64,000 nt of DNA from a plasmid, in sequence record OW969666.1, one strand, 5' to 3'. Position 1 is the first letter of the stretch. Each line of letters starts with the position of its first letter. The notes below the pieces were generated by a model. That model saw nothing but the letters and a program-made list of their open reading frames with translations, was not told the origin of the DNA and did not search any database. Made by a program: the position numbers and the translations under genes. This document shows positions 14,150 to 24,544 of the stretch, in pieces.

Positions 14150-15163
14150 CTACCTCTCACTAGTGAGGGGCGGCAGCGCATCAAGCGGTGAGCGCACTCC
14201 GGCACCGCCAACTTTCAGCACATGCGTGTAAATCATCGTCGTAGAGACGTCGGAATGGCCGAGCAGATCCTGCACGGTTCGAATGTCGTAACCGCTGCGG
14301 AGCAAGGCCGTCGCGAACGAGTGGCGGAGGGTGTGCGGTGTGGCGGGCTTCGTGATGCCTGCTTGTTCTACGGCACGTTTGAAGGCGCGCTGAAAGGTCT
14401 GGTCATACATGTGATGGCGACGCACGACACCGCTCCGTGGATCGGTCGAATGCGTGTGCTGCGCAAAAACCCAGAACCACGGCCAGGAATGCCCGGCGCG
14501 CGGATACTTCCGCTCAAGGGCGTCGGGAAGCGCAACGCCGCTGCGGCCCTCGGCCTGGTCCTTCAGCCACCATGCCCGTGCACGCGACAGCTGCTCGCGC
14601 AGGCTGGGTGCCAAGCTCTCGGGTAACATCAAGGCCCGATCCTTGGAGCCCTTGCCCTCCCGCACGATGATCGTGCCGTGATCGAAATCCAGATCCTTGA
14701 CCCGCAGTTGCAAACCCTCACTGATCCGCATGCCCGTTCCATACAGAAGCTGGGCGAACAAACGATGCTCGCCTTCCAGAAAACCGAGGATGCGAACCAC
14801 TTCATCCGGGGTCAGCACCACCGGCAAGCGCCGCGACGGCCGAGGTCTTCCGATCTCCTGAAGCCAGGGCAGATCCGTGCACAGCACCTTGCCGTAGAAG
14901 AACAGCAAGGCCGCCAATGCCTGACGATGCGTGGAGACCGAAACCTTGCGCTCGTTCGCCAGCCAGGACAGAAATGCCTCGACTTCGCTGCTGCCCAAGG
15001 TTGCCGGGTGACGCACACCGTGGAAACGGATGAAGGCACGAACCCAGTGGACATAAGCCTGTTCGGTTCGTAAACTGTAATGCAAGTAGCGTATGCGCTC
15101 ACGCAACTGGTCCAGAACCTTGACCGAACGCAGCGGTGGTAACGGCGCAGTGGCGGTTTTCAT
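14150..15163 (-). CDS. intI1: class 1 integron integrase IntI1
   Basis: The full 337-aa IntI1 is present ([49 protein letters not shown]...). IS26 lies 7 bp beyond its stop, so IRi is missing. Confidence 0.95.
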
Positions 15164-15309
15164 GGCTTGTTATGACTGTTTTTTTGTACAGTCTATGCCT
15201 CGGGCATCCAAGCAGCAAGCGCGTTACGCCGTGGGTCGATGTTTGATGTTATGGAGCAGCAACGATGTTACGCAGCAGGGCAGTCGCCCTAAAACAAAGT
15301 TAACCCAGG
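15164..15309. promoter_or_regulatory. attI1 and Pc promoter region
   Basis: This is the sequence between the intI1 start and the first cassette, with GTTA at the cassette junction. Confidence 0.6.
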
Positions 15310-15792
15310 ATGAGAACCTTGAAAGTATCATTGATGGCTGCGAAAGCGAAAAACGGCGTGATTGGTTGCGGTCCAGACATACCCTGGTCCGCGAAAGGGG
15401 AGCAGCTACTTTTTAAAGCATTGACCTACAATCAGTGGCTTCTGGTGGGTCGCAAGACGTTTGAATCTATGGGCGCACTCCCCAATAGGAAATACGCGGT
15501 CGTTACCCGCTCAGGTTGGACATCAAATGATGACAATGTAGTTGTATTTCAGTCAATCGAAGAGGCCATGGACAGGCTAGCTGAATTCACCGGTCACGTT
15601 ATAGTGTCTGGTGGCGGAGAAATTTACCGAGAAACATTACCCATGGCCTCTACGCTCCACTTATCGACGATCGACATCGAGCCAGAGGGGGATGTTTTCT
15701 TCCCGAGTATTCCAAATACCTTCGAAGTTGTTTTTGAGCAACACTTTACTTCAAACATTAACTATTGCTATCAAATTTGGAAAAAGGGTTAA
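15310..15792 (+). CDS. dfrA14: trimethoprim-resistant dihydrofolate reductase cassette (dfrA14-like)
   Basis: The 160-aa DHFR ([55 protein letters not shown]...) sits in the first cassette position. Confidence 0.85.
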   Translation: MRTLKVSLMAAKAKNGVIGCGPDIPWSAKGEQLLFKALTYNQWLLVGRKTFESMGALPNRKYAVVTRSGWTSNDDNVVVFQSIEEAMDRLAEFTGHVIVSGGGEIYRETLPMASTLHLSTIDIEPEGDVFFPSIPNTFEVVFEQHFTSNINYCYQIWKKG

Positions 15793-16003
15793 CAAAGCTA
15801 TGCAATCGACGGCAAAAAGCTTCGTTCGCTTCGCGCACTACGCCTTTTCCGCGATTGATAGCGACGTTATGTGAATATTGAAATGAGCATTCCAAAGAAA
15901 GGAAGTAGAAAAATTATCGTGGGCGAAAATGAGTTTTTGTGGCTCATTAGGTCAAAACTCACATATTCGCAGGACTGTTTAGGTACAGAAATGACTGCGG
16001 TCG

Positions 16004-16279
16004 TTGAACCGGATGCCGGTCCTCACTGATGAAGAAGTGAACACCGTACGGGAATCGTGCCGGCAGCTTGGAGCTATCGGCCGGAACCTCAACCAGGTGG
16101 CCAGGGCCTTGAACATCGAGTTCAGGGAAAGTGACAAGCTCAAGCAAGAGGCCATCGAAAAACTGGCCGAACGGATCGACCAGCATTTGGACCATGTGTC
16201 TGAGCTGTTCGATAAGACCTGGAGCCGGTGGCACGATTGTCATTTTCAGAAGACGACTGCACCAGTTGATTGGGCGTAA
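16004..16279 (+). CDS. mobC: MobC-like mobilisation accessory protein (partial)
   Basis: The 91-aa product carries the MobC motif (LGAIGRNLNQVARALN). Its 3' end overlaps IRt. Confidence 0.6.
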   Translation: MNRMPVLTDEEVNTVRESCRQLGAIGRNLNQVARALNIEFRESDKLKQEAIEKLAERIDQHLDHVSELFDKTWSRWHDCHFQKTTAPVDWA

Positions 16280-16360
16280 TGGCTGTTGTGCAGCCAGCTC
16301 CTGACAGTTCAATATCAGAAGTGATCTGCACCAATCTCGACTATGCTCAATACTCGTGTG
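16238..16360. repeat. 123-bp integron IRt-end segment abutting IS6100
   Basis: The segment begins TGTCATTTTCAGAAGACGACTGCAC (IRt). An inverted duplicate lies at 17270-17395. Confidence 0.8.
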
Positions 16361-17240
16361 GGCTCTGTTGCAAAAATCGTGAAGCTTGAGCATGCTTGGC
16401 GGAGATTGGACGGACGGAACGATGACGGATTTCAAGTGGCGCCATTTCCAGGGTGATGTGATCCTGTGGGCGGTGCGCTGGTATTGTCGCTATCCGATCA
16501 GCTATCGCGACCTTGAGGAAATGCTGGCGGAACGCGGCATTTCGGTCGACCATACGACGATCTATCGCTGGGTCCAGTGCTACGCCCCGGAGATGGAGAA
16601 GCGGCTGCGCTGGTTCTGGCGGCGTGGCTTTGATCCGAGCTGGCGCCTGGATGAAACCTACGTCAAGGTGCGGGGCAAGTGGACCTACCTGTACCGGGCA
16701 GTCGACAAGCGGGGCGACACGATCGATTTCTACCTGTCGCCGACCCGCAGCGCCAAGGCAGCGAAGCGGTTCCTGGGCAAGGCCCTGCGAGGCCTGAAGC
16801 ACTGGGAAAAGCCTGCCACGCTCAATACCGACAAAGCGCCGAGCTATGGTGCAGCGATCACCGAATTGAAGCGCGAAGGAAAGCTGGACCGGGAGACGGC
16901 CCACCGGCAGGTGAAGTATCTCAATAACGTGATCGAGGCCGATCACGGAAAGCTCAAGATACTGATCAAGCCGGTGCGCGGTTTCAAATCGATCCCCACG
17001 GCCTATGCCACGATCAAGGGATTCGAAGTCATGCGAGCCCTGCGCAAAGGACAGGCTCGCCCCTGGTGCCTGCAGCCCGGCATCAGGGGCGAGGTGCGCC
17101 TTGTGGAGAGAGCTTTTGGCATTGGGCCCTCGGCGCTGACGGAGGCCATGGGCATGCTCAACCACCATTTCGCAGCAGCCGCCTGATCGGCGCAGAGCGA
17201 CAGCCTACCTCTGACTGCCGCCAATCTTTGCAACAGAGCC
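16361..17240 (+). mobile_element. IS6100 (IS6 family)
   Basis: The element is 880 bp with inverted repeats GGCTCTGTTGCAAA...TTTGCAACAGAGCC. The 266-aa transposase ORF at 16386-17186 is IS6-family and distinct from IS26. Confidence 0.92.
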
Positions 17241-17269
17241 TCCGTCGCCATGCTCACCTCGCTTTGGTG

Positions 17270-17395
17270 CACACGAGTATTGAGCATAGTCGAGATTGGT
17301 GCAGATCACTTCTGATATTGAACTGTCAGGAGCTGGCTGCACAACAGCCATTACGCCCAATCAACTGGTGCAGTCGTCTTCTGAAAATGACACTG
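17270..17395. repeat. inverted duplicate of the IRt-end segment
   Basis: It is the reverse complement of 16238-16360 and is separated from the IS6100 end by 29 bp. Confidence 0.8.
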
Positions 17396-17446
17396 TTTGT
17401 ATATAATCATGAAAAAATGGTGAGTAGAGTTTCAGGGTAACAGGGG

Positions 17447-18661
17447 ATGCTTATGTCGGTTTTCCACAACTGGCTACTTGAGATCGCATGTGAGAATTAC
17501 TTCGTCTACATCAAACGCCTTTCCGCCAACGATACCGGCGCAACAGGTGGTCACCAGGTAGGGCTTTATATCCCTTCAGGTATCGTTGAAAAACTCTTTC
17601 CGTCTATCAACCATACCCGTGAACTGAACCCTTCGGTTTTTCTCACCGCACATGTGTCATCGCATGATTGCCCTGACAGCGAAGCCAGGGCAATTTATTA
17701 TAACAGCCGTCATTTTGGTAAAACCCGGAATGAAAAAAGGATTACCCGCTGGGGTAGAGGCAGCCCACTTCAGGATCCTGAAAATACAGGGGCTCTGACG
17801 CTCCTGGCTTTCAAGCTTGATGAGCAAGGGGGGGACTGTAAGGAAGTAAATATTTGGGTATGCGCCAGCACTGATGAAGAGGACGTCATTGAGACCGCTA
17901 TTGGTGAAGTTATACCCGGAGCGCTTATATCCGGCCCCGCAGGACAGATTCTAGGCGGACTATCTCTACAGCAAGCGCCAGTAAATCATAAATATATTCT
18001 ACCTGAAGACTGGCACCTGCGCTTTCCGTCGGGAAGTGAAATTATTCAGTATGCAGCCAGCCATTATGTGAAAAATTCCCTTGATCCGGATGAGCAACTT
18101 CTTGACCGCCGGCGCGTGGAGTACGACATATTTCTATTGGTTGAGGAACTGCATGTTCTGGATATCATCCGGAAAGGATTTGGCTCTGTGGATGAATTTA
18201 TTGCGCTGGCCAATTCTGTCAGCAATCGCCGTAAATCCAGAGCCGGGAAGTCGCTGGAACTGCACCTGGAGCATCTATTCATTGAGCACGGCCTGCGACA
18301 CTTTGCGACGCAGGCCATCACAGAAGGTAATAAAAAACCCGATTTCCTTTTCCCTTCCGCAGGGGCTTACCACGATACTGAGTTTCCCGTAGAAAATCTG
18401 CGCATGCTGGCAGTCAAGACTACCTGTAAGGATCGCTGGCGTCAGATACTGAATGAGGCCGATAAAATTCATCAGGTGCATCTGTTTACACTCCAGGAGG
18501 GAGTTTCTCTGGCTCAATATCGGGAGATGCGGGAGTCGGGTGTCAGATTGGTCGTGCCATCATCTCTGCACAAAAAATACCCGGAGGCGGTGAGAGCTGA
18601 GCTAATGACGCTAGGTGCGTTTATTGCTGAGCTGACAGGGCTTTACGCAGATATTCCATAG
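17447..18661 (+). CDS. ecoRIIR: EcoRII restriction endonuclease
   Basis: The product (MSVFHNWLLEIACENYFVYIKRLSANDTGATGGHQVGLYIP...) is recognised as R.EcoRII, about 402-404 aa. Confidence 0.85.
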   Translation: MLMSVFHNWLLEIACENYFVYIKRLSANDTGATGGHQVGLYIPSGIVEKLFPSINHTRELNPSVFLTAHVSSHDCPDSEARAIYYNSRHFGKTRNEKRITRWGRGSPLQDPENTGALTLLAFKLDEQGGDCKEVNIWVCASTDEEDVIETAIGEVIPGALISGPAGQILGGLSLQQAPVNHKYILPEDWHLRFPSGSEIIQYAASHYVKNSLDPDEQLLDRRRVEYDIFLLVEELHVLDIIRKGFGSVDEFIALANSVSNRRKSRAGKSLELHLEHLFIEHGLRHFATQAITEGNKKPDFLFPSAGAYHDTEFPVENLRMLAVKTTCKDRWRQILNEADKIHQVHLFTLQEGVSLAQYREMRESGVRLVVPSSLHKKYPEAVRAELMTLGAFIAELTGLYADIP

Positions 18662-18694
18662 ATTATCTCCCGGCATAAATACCGGGAGGAGCGA

Positions 18695-20128
18695 TCAGAT
18701 TCGTTCAACCTTGCACGAATCGGCATTAACCGCTTTCAGGATATAAGGTTCAAGCAGTTTGGCTACGGCTTCAAACACGGGCACCACTACGGAGTTACCG
18801 AACTGCCTGTACGACTGAGTGTCTGACACAGGAATGCGAAAAGGCCTGCCATCTACTTTTTCAAAACCCATAAGGCGCGCGCACTCTCGCGGAGTCAGCC
18901 TGCGGGGCCGATGCGCCTGATTTTCTTCGTTCGCGAAGTCTGTTTCACCTGTGGCCATATCCCAGCCACGGTCTATCAGAATTTCAGACCCGTCTTTGTG
19001 ATAGCGAGCAGAAAGCGTACGGGCAATGCTTTCTTTATTTTCAGGATTAACGAGGCCAAAACCGAATCCGTTACCCTTAGCTGCGTGCTTTTTGGCGTAG
19101 TTATAGAGATACTCCCAGAGTTTCGGCGTCAGTATATATTTGCTGTCAACCACGGGTTCCAGCAGTTCGCCAAATGACGGACGCTGTTCCGGATAAAAAC
19201 GACTAATATCGCGCAGGGTAAAGCCCTGGTGAATGTTCAGATCACGGCGGAAACCGACCAAAACGATACGTTCTCGGTGCTGAGGTAAAAAGTGCTTTCC
19301 GTCGATAACTTTAGGATCGTTTTTGCCCATCTCAGCTGCATCCGCAACTTCATAGCCCAGTTCGTCGAGGGTATCCATGATGACTTTAAAGGTTTTACCC
19401 TTGTCATGGCTCTTCAGGTTTTTAACGTTTTCAAGAACAAAGATGGCAGGTTTTTTTGCGCGGATAATACGCGCCACATCGAAGAAAAGCGTTCCCTGAG
19501 CCTCACATTCGAAACCATGCGCGCGCCCGAGCGAGTTTTTCTTGCTTACGCCCGCAAGGCTAAACGGTTGACAGGGGAAACCTGCTAGAAGTACATCATG
19601 ATCCGGCACATGCTCATTAATGTAAGCATAGGCATCGTTTTCAGGTACTTCAGGTTTATCACTGAGCGTGACTTCACGAATATCGAGATTGAAAGTGTGT
19701 TCCTGAGCATCGTTAAACCAGTTAGCTTTATATGTGCGCACAGCCTCTTTATTCCATTCACTGGTAAAAACGCACTGGCCACCGATGGTTTCGAAGCCCT
19801 TCCGTATACCTCCAATCCCAGCAAACAGGTCAATAAACCGGAAGGCATAGTCAGGGTGATGTGCAGGCGCTTCCGGAAGCATTTTTCGTAGAAGTTCCTC
19901 TTCGGCTAACGTCAGCGTCTTAGGTGAGCACTTACCATTAATCCAGCGATTAAGAGTCTCGCGACTCCACTCATTTTTACCAACTTTTCTAAGCAGTTCA
20001 GCCACGTACTTCTGGTCATAGATTTCCAGCACCTGCCCGAGCAGCTTTTTATCATTTTCCTGTCGCAGTTGTTCTTCCGCTTCTGCTTTCTCAAGCAGAT
20101 CCTGCGCCAGTAATTCAAATTCAGACAT
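18695..20128 (-). CDS. ecoRIIM: EcoRII DNA cytosine-5 methyltransferase
   Basis: The C5-MTase motifs [19 protein letters not shown] and ENV are present. It is convergent with ecoRIIR. The preferred start is [12 protein letters not shown]. Confidence 0.88.
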
Positions 20129-20232
20129 ATTGCCTCCATTGGGTCTTATGGGTGAAACTGTATCACTCATTTGACCCAGATTGAATGTTTTTATCTGGAT
20201 ATTTAAACAGGTTTATTGTTAGGTAACGCACG

Positions 20233-20514
20233 TTGGCCACGCTGGAGCGTCTTCTGGGCCTGCTGTCGGCCTTTGAGGTCGTGGTATGGATGACGGATGG
20301 CTGGCCGCTGTATGAACCCCGCCTGAAGGGAAAGCTGCACGTTATCAGCAAGCGTTACACTCAGCGCATTGAGCGACATAACCTGAATCTGAGACAACAT
20401 CTGGCAAGGCTGGGACGGAAGTCACTGTCGTTCTCAAAATCGGTGGAGCTGCATGACAAGGTCATCGGGCATTATCTGAACATAAAACACTATCAGTAAG
20501 TTGGAGTCATTACC
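20233..20514 (+). mobile_element. IS1 remnant (3' end of insB and IRR)
   Basis: The InsB C-terminal translation is present ([63 protein letters not shown]...HYLNIKHYQ). The IS1 terminal IR GGTAATGACTCCAACTTA lies on the complementary strand. Confidence 0.85.
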
Positions 20515-20716
20515 GGTTCTCTTTGTCTTTTAGTGATTCTATAAACCTCATTACGTCTGAATATAAAAATCTATTATTTGATTTATGTGGCTCATGAGGT
20601 TGTGGGATGGTCTTGTTTTTGAATGTGCCAGTTTTCTTAATGGCAAAGATTAACTCACCTTCTGTTATTCCTAACATTTCAGCAAATGTTTTTGCTTCTA
20701 TAGTTACTGACTTCAT
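20510..20716 (-). CDS. hypothetical small protein, possible HTH regulator
   Basis: The 68-aa ORF lies directly upstream of the Mrr-like gene. I do not recognise a domain with confidence. Confidence 0.35.
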   Translation of the reverse strand: MKSVTIEAKTFAEMLGITEGELIFAIKKTGTFKNKTIPQPHEPHKSNNRFLYSDVMRFIESLKDKENR

Positions 20717-20720
20717 TTAA

Positions 20721-21368
20721 TTAACTCTCATGGTATCGATTTTCTTTACCGGCATCTTTAACAATGGTGCTCGTTTCTAGTGTTGCTGCGGTACGCTTCA
20801 TCATCGTCTGCGGGGCGGTTGCGATAGTGAAGGAGCTGCCGGGCGTGAGCAAATCTATCAGGCGCTGGCCGCTGATAATCTCCATCCGTTCACTGGCAAT
20901 ACTGACAGATTTTGAACCTGCGCCGGTTTTCCCGGTATGGCAAAACAGACCGCGACAGTTATGACGTTTAAGCAACTTCTCGAACTCCTGTACGTGCTGT
21001 AAAGCAATATGGCCGCGATAGCGTTTAGCCTGAATAAGATAGCGATATTTTCCTATTATTACCTGGCCGTCAATGCCTCCATCGCCGGTATAGCGTTTGT
21101 TTCTGATGGTTCTGAAGCCATGCGCTTCAAATCCTTCCAGCAACAGTTCTTCAAACACAAAAGGATCAATTTTCCTCAGGTAGTTAATTTTTTGTGGGAA
21201 GCCCGGCAACGTCTTTATGCGCTCCAGCACCCGCCGCGCACTTTGCTGCTTCCTTTTGTGTCGCCTGTGCCGTACTGAACGCCGGAAGAATACAACGGCA
21301 AGCAGTGCGATGGCGCTGCAAGCCCATAGAATAAGGTTTTCTGTAGTGGGGAAGGGGATCATGGTCAT
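20721..21368 (-). CDS. membrane-anchored Mrr-like (Mrr_cat) restriction endonuclease domain protein
   Basis: An N-terminal TM segment (MTMIPFPTTENLILWACSAIALLAVVFF) is followed by the GDGGIDG...QAKRY nuclease-core motif. The ORF-track start at 21512 is an upstream extension that overlaps the neighbouring gene. Confidence 0.65.
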   Translation of the reverse strand: MTMIPFPTTENLILWACSAIALLAVVFFRRSVRHRRHKRKQQSARRVLERIKTLPGFPQKINYLRKIDPFVFEELLLEGFEAHGFRTIRNKRYTGDGGIDGQVIIGKYRYLIQAKRYRGHIALQHVQEFEKLLKRHNCRGLFCHTGKTGAGSKSVSIASERMEIISGQRLIDLLTPGSSFTIATAPQTMMKRTAATLETSTIVKDAGKENRYHES

Positions 21369-21417
21369 AGTGGGCTTTCTGAGGGTAAAGAAAAGGGCGG
21401 TTAAACCGCCCTGGTGT

Positions 21418-21729
21418 TTAGCGACGGCTGTATACCTGCCACGAAGCGCTGCCTGACTGATTCTGGCAAATCCGCCCGTAAAGTACGGTGCCGGTCGAGT
21501 AGCGGGCGCCATTCAGATAGCAATAGCCGCTGGATTGCAGCAGTTCGTTGCGCAGCTTTTCTTCCTGCTTTGATAGCCGGGACTCCGCAGACTGCAAACG
21601 AACGGATAATTCGTTAATCTGGCGTTGCTGGTTATTCAGCTGGCTCTGCATCGCATTACCTTTATCCTGGCTGACGCAACCAGTTAAGAGAGCTGTACAG
21701 GCTAATGCACTTAATATTATTTTTTTCAC
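21418..21729 (-). CDS. small lipoprotein
   Basis: A lipobox (LLTGC) follows a signal peptide. The product is 103 aa and coiled-coil-like. Confidence 0.55.
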   Translation of the reverse strand: MKKIILSALACTALLTGCVSQDKGNAMQSQLNNQQRQINELSVRLQSAESRLSKQEEKLRNELLQSSGYCYLNGARYSTGTVLYGRICQNQSGSASWQVYSRR

Positions 21730-21764
21730 GTTGGCTCCTTAAATTGAGATTATTCCTAGTTCGC

Positions 21765-22079
21765 CTATAAGCGAACTTTCCCGTATTTACTTATGATCTG
21801 GCTTATCATCGACTGGTTACTTCCACCTTCGCCATTATCCGGGCATTCATTAAGAAAAGCCTTCCTGGCATCCTTCGTGTGGTTGGGTAAAAAGCCGTGC
21901 TTGTTCTTTTTAACGATATTGAAGAAAGCAGCTTCAGCACTGTTACACTCGCTTCCGCCGCTATCGCCGGTGAGCTTGCCCGCCATGCACATAATAACTT
22001 TGCAGGGATCTTCAGCATGGCTGGCAGGAATATAAAGCAGACTACCAGCTGCTATCAGAGGTATTAAGAGTTTCTTCAT
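21765..22079 (-). CDS. small secreted Cys-rich protein (possibly the IncN kikA region orf104)
   Basis: A signal peptide (MKKLLIPLIAAGSLLYIPASHA) precedes a 104-aa product. Its position upstream of a korB-like gene and traL matches pKM101 gene order. Confidence 0.45.
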   Translation of the reverse strand: MKKLLIPLIAAGSLLYIPASHAEDPCKVIMCMAGKLTGDSGGSECNSAEAAFFNIVKKNKHGFLPNHTKDARKAFLNECPDNGEGGSNQSMISQIISKYGKVRL

Positions 22080-22420
22080 TGTTTTGTCCTTAACAGTTTG
22101 TTCAGATATACACTCGCCAGAATGTTGATAACGGTAAGCAATATTAATAATAACGCTGCGTTATAAATAGATTTGTAACCTATATCGCCTGCAATATATT
22201 CGACAACAAAAACGAAAATCGTTAAAATTGTGTAAAACTTGATTAACTTTCCTGTAATTTTCTTAACAATATAAGCAACTGAATAAGAGCCGGATTTGAT
22301 GATGCTGGCGAGTAACCTGATCGCATGGACACGAAATTTTCTAAAAATGGGCGGAATGGAAGATGCCTTTTTCTTCCTTCTGCTTTTTTGCCTTTCCGCA
22401 AAATCAATAAGTTCGCCCAT
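22076..22420 (-). CDS. small membrane protein
   Basis: The 114-aa product has two hydrophobic segments. It is coupled to the upstream gene by a 4-bp overlap. Confidence 0.4.
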   Translation of the reverse strand: MGELIDFAERQKSRRKKKASSIPPIFRKFRVHAIRLLASIIKSGSYSVAYIVKKITGKLIKFYTILTIFVFVVEYIAGDIGYKSIYNAALLLILLTVINILASVYLNKLLRTKQ

Positions 22421-22435
22421 TTTTATACCCTCCGG

Positions 22436-22813
22436 TTATATCTTCAGATCATCAAGTGATAAACCACTATCAAGCAGCTCTTTGAGCCATGTGGGTCGGC
22501 GGCCAGTCCCGGACCAGGTATTTTCTGCGTTCCTGGGGTCGCGGTATTTTGCTGGTCTATGTTCTCTGGGGTTGGCTACGCCCTGCATCTTCATGGCTTC
22601 CAGGCTAATGCCAGCGTCCAATTTTGCAGTTAGCCAGGCCGGGCGCTTCCCTATACCAGTCCACGTATTAAAAGGGTTATCCGGGTCACGATACACGGGT
22701 TCGCCTTTTGGTCGTTTTTCTGATTTCAGGGGAACCAGCATCACCTTCCTTCCTTCAGCGGTTTTCTTTTCGTTTCTTCTTGACACGATCTCATTAGCCC
22801 TTATCATAAACAA
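22436..22813 (-). CDS. H-NS C-terminal-like tandem DNA-binding domain protein (KorB-like regulator)
   Basis: Two copies of the H-NS C-terminal motif are present (NTWTGIGKRPAWL...SLEAM and NTWSGTGRRPTWL...SLDDL). Confidence 0.6.
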   Translation of the reverse strand: MFMIRANEIVSRRNEKKTAEGRKVMLVPLKSEKRPKGEPVYRDPDNPFNTWTGIGKRPAWLTAKLDAGISLEAMKMQGVANPREHRPAKYRDPRNAENTWSGTGRRPTWLKELLDSGLSLDDLKI

Positions 22814-22849
22814 AAGTCGTCGAAATTACAATTACGCGGTGAAACATAA

Positions 22850-23584
22850 ATGAGTAAACATCCAAAACTCCTGGTTCTCGCTCTGGCCTGCCTTGCTTGT
22901 GCTGGCCGTGCCAGTGCTGCGCCTGCCTCCGATGAAGTTGCCAGGCTTGCGCAGAGATGTGCGCCTGATGTTTCACCCTTAACGATGGCGTACATCGTCG
23001 GCCATGAGTCCTCAAATGGGCCGTACAGGATCAATATTAACGGTAGTATTCAGTTAAAACAGCAACCGCGTACTGAAGCTGAGGCCGTCAGCGTTGCGAA
23101 AGTTCTGCTGAAGGATAATAAAAGTTTTGATATGGGCCTTGCACAAATTAACTCAAATAATTTAGTGGGCCTGGGTCTTTCGGTTGACGATATTTTCAAA
23201 CCCTGCATCAACCTGCGGGCGAGCCAGACCATCCTTAAAGCCTGTTATGATAGCGCCCTGAAATCCTACCCAGCCGGGCAGGTTGCGCTGAGACACGCGC
23301 TTTCCTGCTACAACACCGGCTCACTCACAAACGGGATTTCTAACGGGTATGTCACGAAAGTTATCAACGTGGCGCGTCAATCAACTGATTTGAAAATCCC
23401 TACGCTGCTACCTGACGGCCAGACCAGTGAGGACAGCACCGCGACTGAGCCTCAGCAGGCAAAAAGTACGGCGCCGCAGTATGACGGTGAACAAGATGTT
23501 TTTGGTTCGGGTGATGGCGATGCCTTCAGCCGAAATAATACGGATGCCTTTTTAACCAGACAGGAAACAGCGAAGGGGGAATGA
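22850..23584 (+). CDS. VirB1-like lytic transglycosylase (IncN TraL-like)
   Basis: The product has a signal peptide and an SLT-domain motif (DMGLAQINSNNL). It is the first gene of a virB-like operon. Confidence 0.75.
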   Translation: MSKHPKLLVLALACLACAGRASAAPASDEVARLAQRCAPDVSPLTMAYIVGHESSNGPYRININGSIQLKQQPRTEAEAVSVAKVLLKDNKSFDMGLAQINSNNLVGLGLSVDDIFKPCINLRASQTILKACYDSALKSYPAGQVALRHALSCYNTGSLTNGISNGYVTKVINVARQSTDLKIPTLLPDGQTSEDSTATEPQQAKSTAPQYDGEQDVFGSGDGDAFSRNNTDAFLTRQETAKGE

Positions 23585-23874
23585 GGTTATGGATGGAACG
23601 TTTGTACCTTGTATTGCAATCACAGATCCTGGAGCTATTTGAAGCAGGAAAAGTGAAGGAGGTAACGATAGAACGGGTTTCATTAAAGAAGTGGTATCCC
23701 GTTTTTCAGATAGACGATGAACAGCTGGGCCAGATCGCATGTTCCATTAGGGTTAACAAAGAGCATGAGCTACGAACCTGGGCTGATTTAAGGCTACTGG
23801 CAGAGTTTTTGAAAGATAAGTGTGGCGTTGAAGAATGCCGGTTAAATCTGCAATCAACAGAAGATAGTGAGTAA
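23581..23874 (+). CDS. small protein between virB1 and virB2 (korA position in IncN)
   Basis: The 97-aa ORF overlaps the upstream stop. Assignment is by gene order only. Confidence 0.4.
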   Translation: MRLWMERLYLVLQSQILELFEAGKVKEVTIERVSLKKWYPVFQIDDEQLGQIACSIRVNKEHELRTWADLRLLAEFLKDKCGVEECRLNLQSTEDSE

Positions 23875-23883
23875 GGAGAAAGT

Positions 23884-24177
23884 ATGACCACGTTGTTTAA
23901 GAAGTATGGCCCTGCGGTAGTTATGGGCGTTTTGTCCATTGCCCTGCCGCAAATTGCGCTGGCCGCTGGCACCGATACTGGTGAATCAACCGCTACATCA
24001 ATCCAGACGTGGTTGAGCACATGGATTCCAATTGGTTGTGCTATTGCGATCATGGTTAGTTGCTTTATGTGGATGCTTCACGTAATCCCAGCCAGCTTTA
24101 TTCCTCGTATCGTAATCTCGCTGATTGGTATTGGTTCTGCATCATTTCTGGTTTCCCTGACGGGCGTAGGAAGCTGA
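23884..24177 (+). CDS. VirB2-like T4SS pilin (TraM-like)
   Basis: The 97-aa product has a signal peptide and two hydrophobic segments, the typical pilin topology. Confidence 0.7.
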   Translation: MTTLFKKYGPAVVMGVLSIALPQIALAAGTDTGESTATSIQTWLSTWIPIGCAIAIMVSCFMWMLHVIPASFIPRIVISLIGIGSASFLVSLTGVGS

Positions 24178-24199
24178 ACAACGCGAAAAGGGGGGACTT

Positions 24200-24544
24200 T
24201 TGTCCCCCAAAGTGAGGACTACAAAGATGTTCGTTGACGGGAAAAGACCGCTTTTCAAAGGTGCGACTCGCTTACCTCGCGCGCTGGGTGTACCACGTAA
24301 TGTAGCTATGATGATATTCATGATTTCTGCCTCGCTTTTTATGATTATTCATATGTGGGCGATTCTGGTGTTCGTCTTTTTGTGGATTCCTTCAGCTGCA
24401 TTAACAAAATATGACGACCGCATGTTTCGAATTATGGGCCTGTGGTTGAAAACCAAATTCAGTAATTGGTTTGATTCTCCGTTTAAGCAGTGGGGAGGAT
24501 CGTCTTATTCCTCTGTTGACTACAAACGTAAGGGTTTAAAATAA
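24200..24544 (+). CDS. VirB3-like T4SS protein (TraA-like)
   Basis: The 114-aa membrane protein sits immediately upstream of and overlaps virB4. Confidence 0.65.
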   Translation: MSPKVRTTKMFVDGKRPLFKGATRLPRALGVPRNVAMMIFMISASLFMIIHMWAILVFVFLWIPSAALTKYDDRMFRIMGLWLKTKFSNWFDSPFKQWGGSSYSSVDYKRKGLK

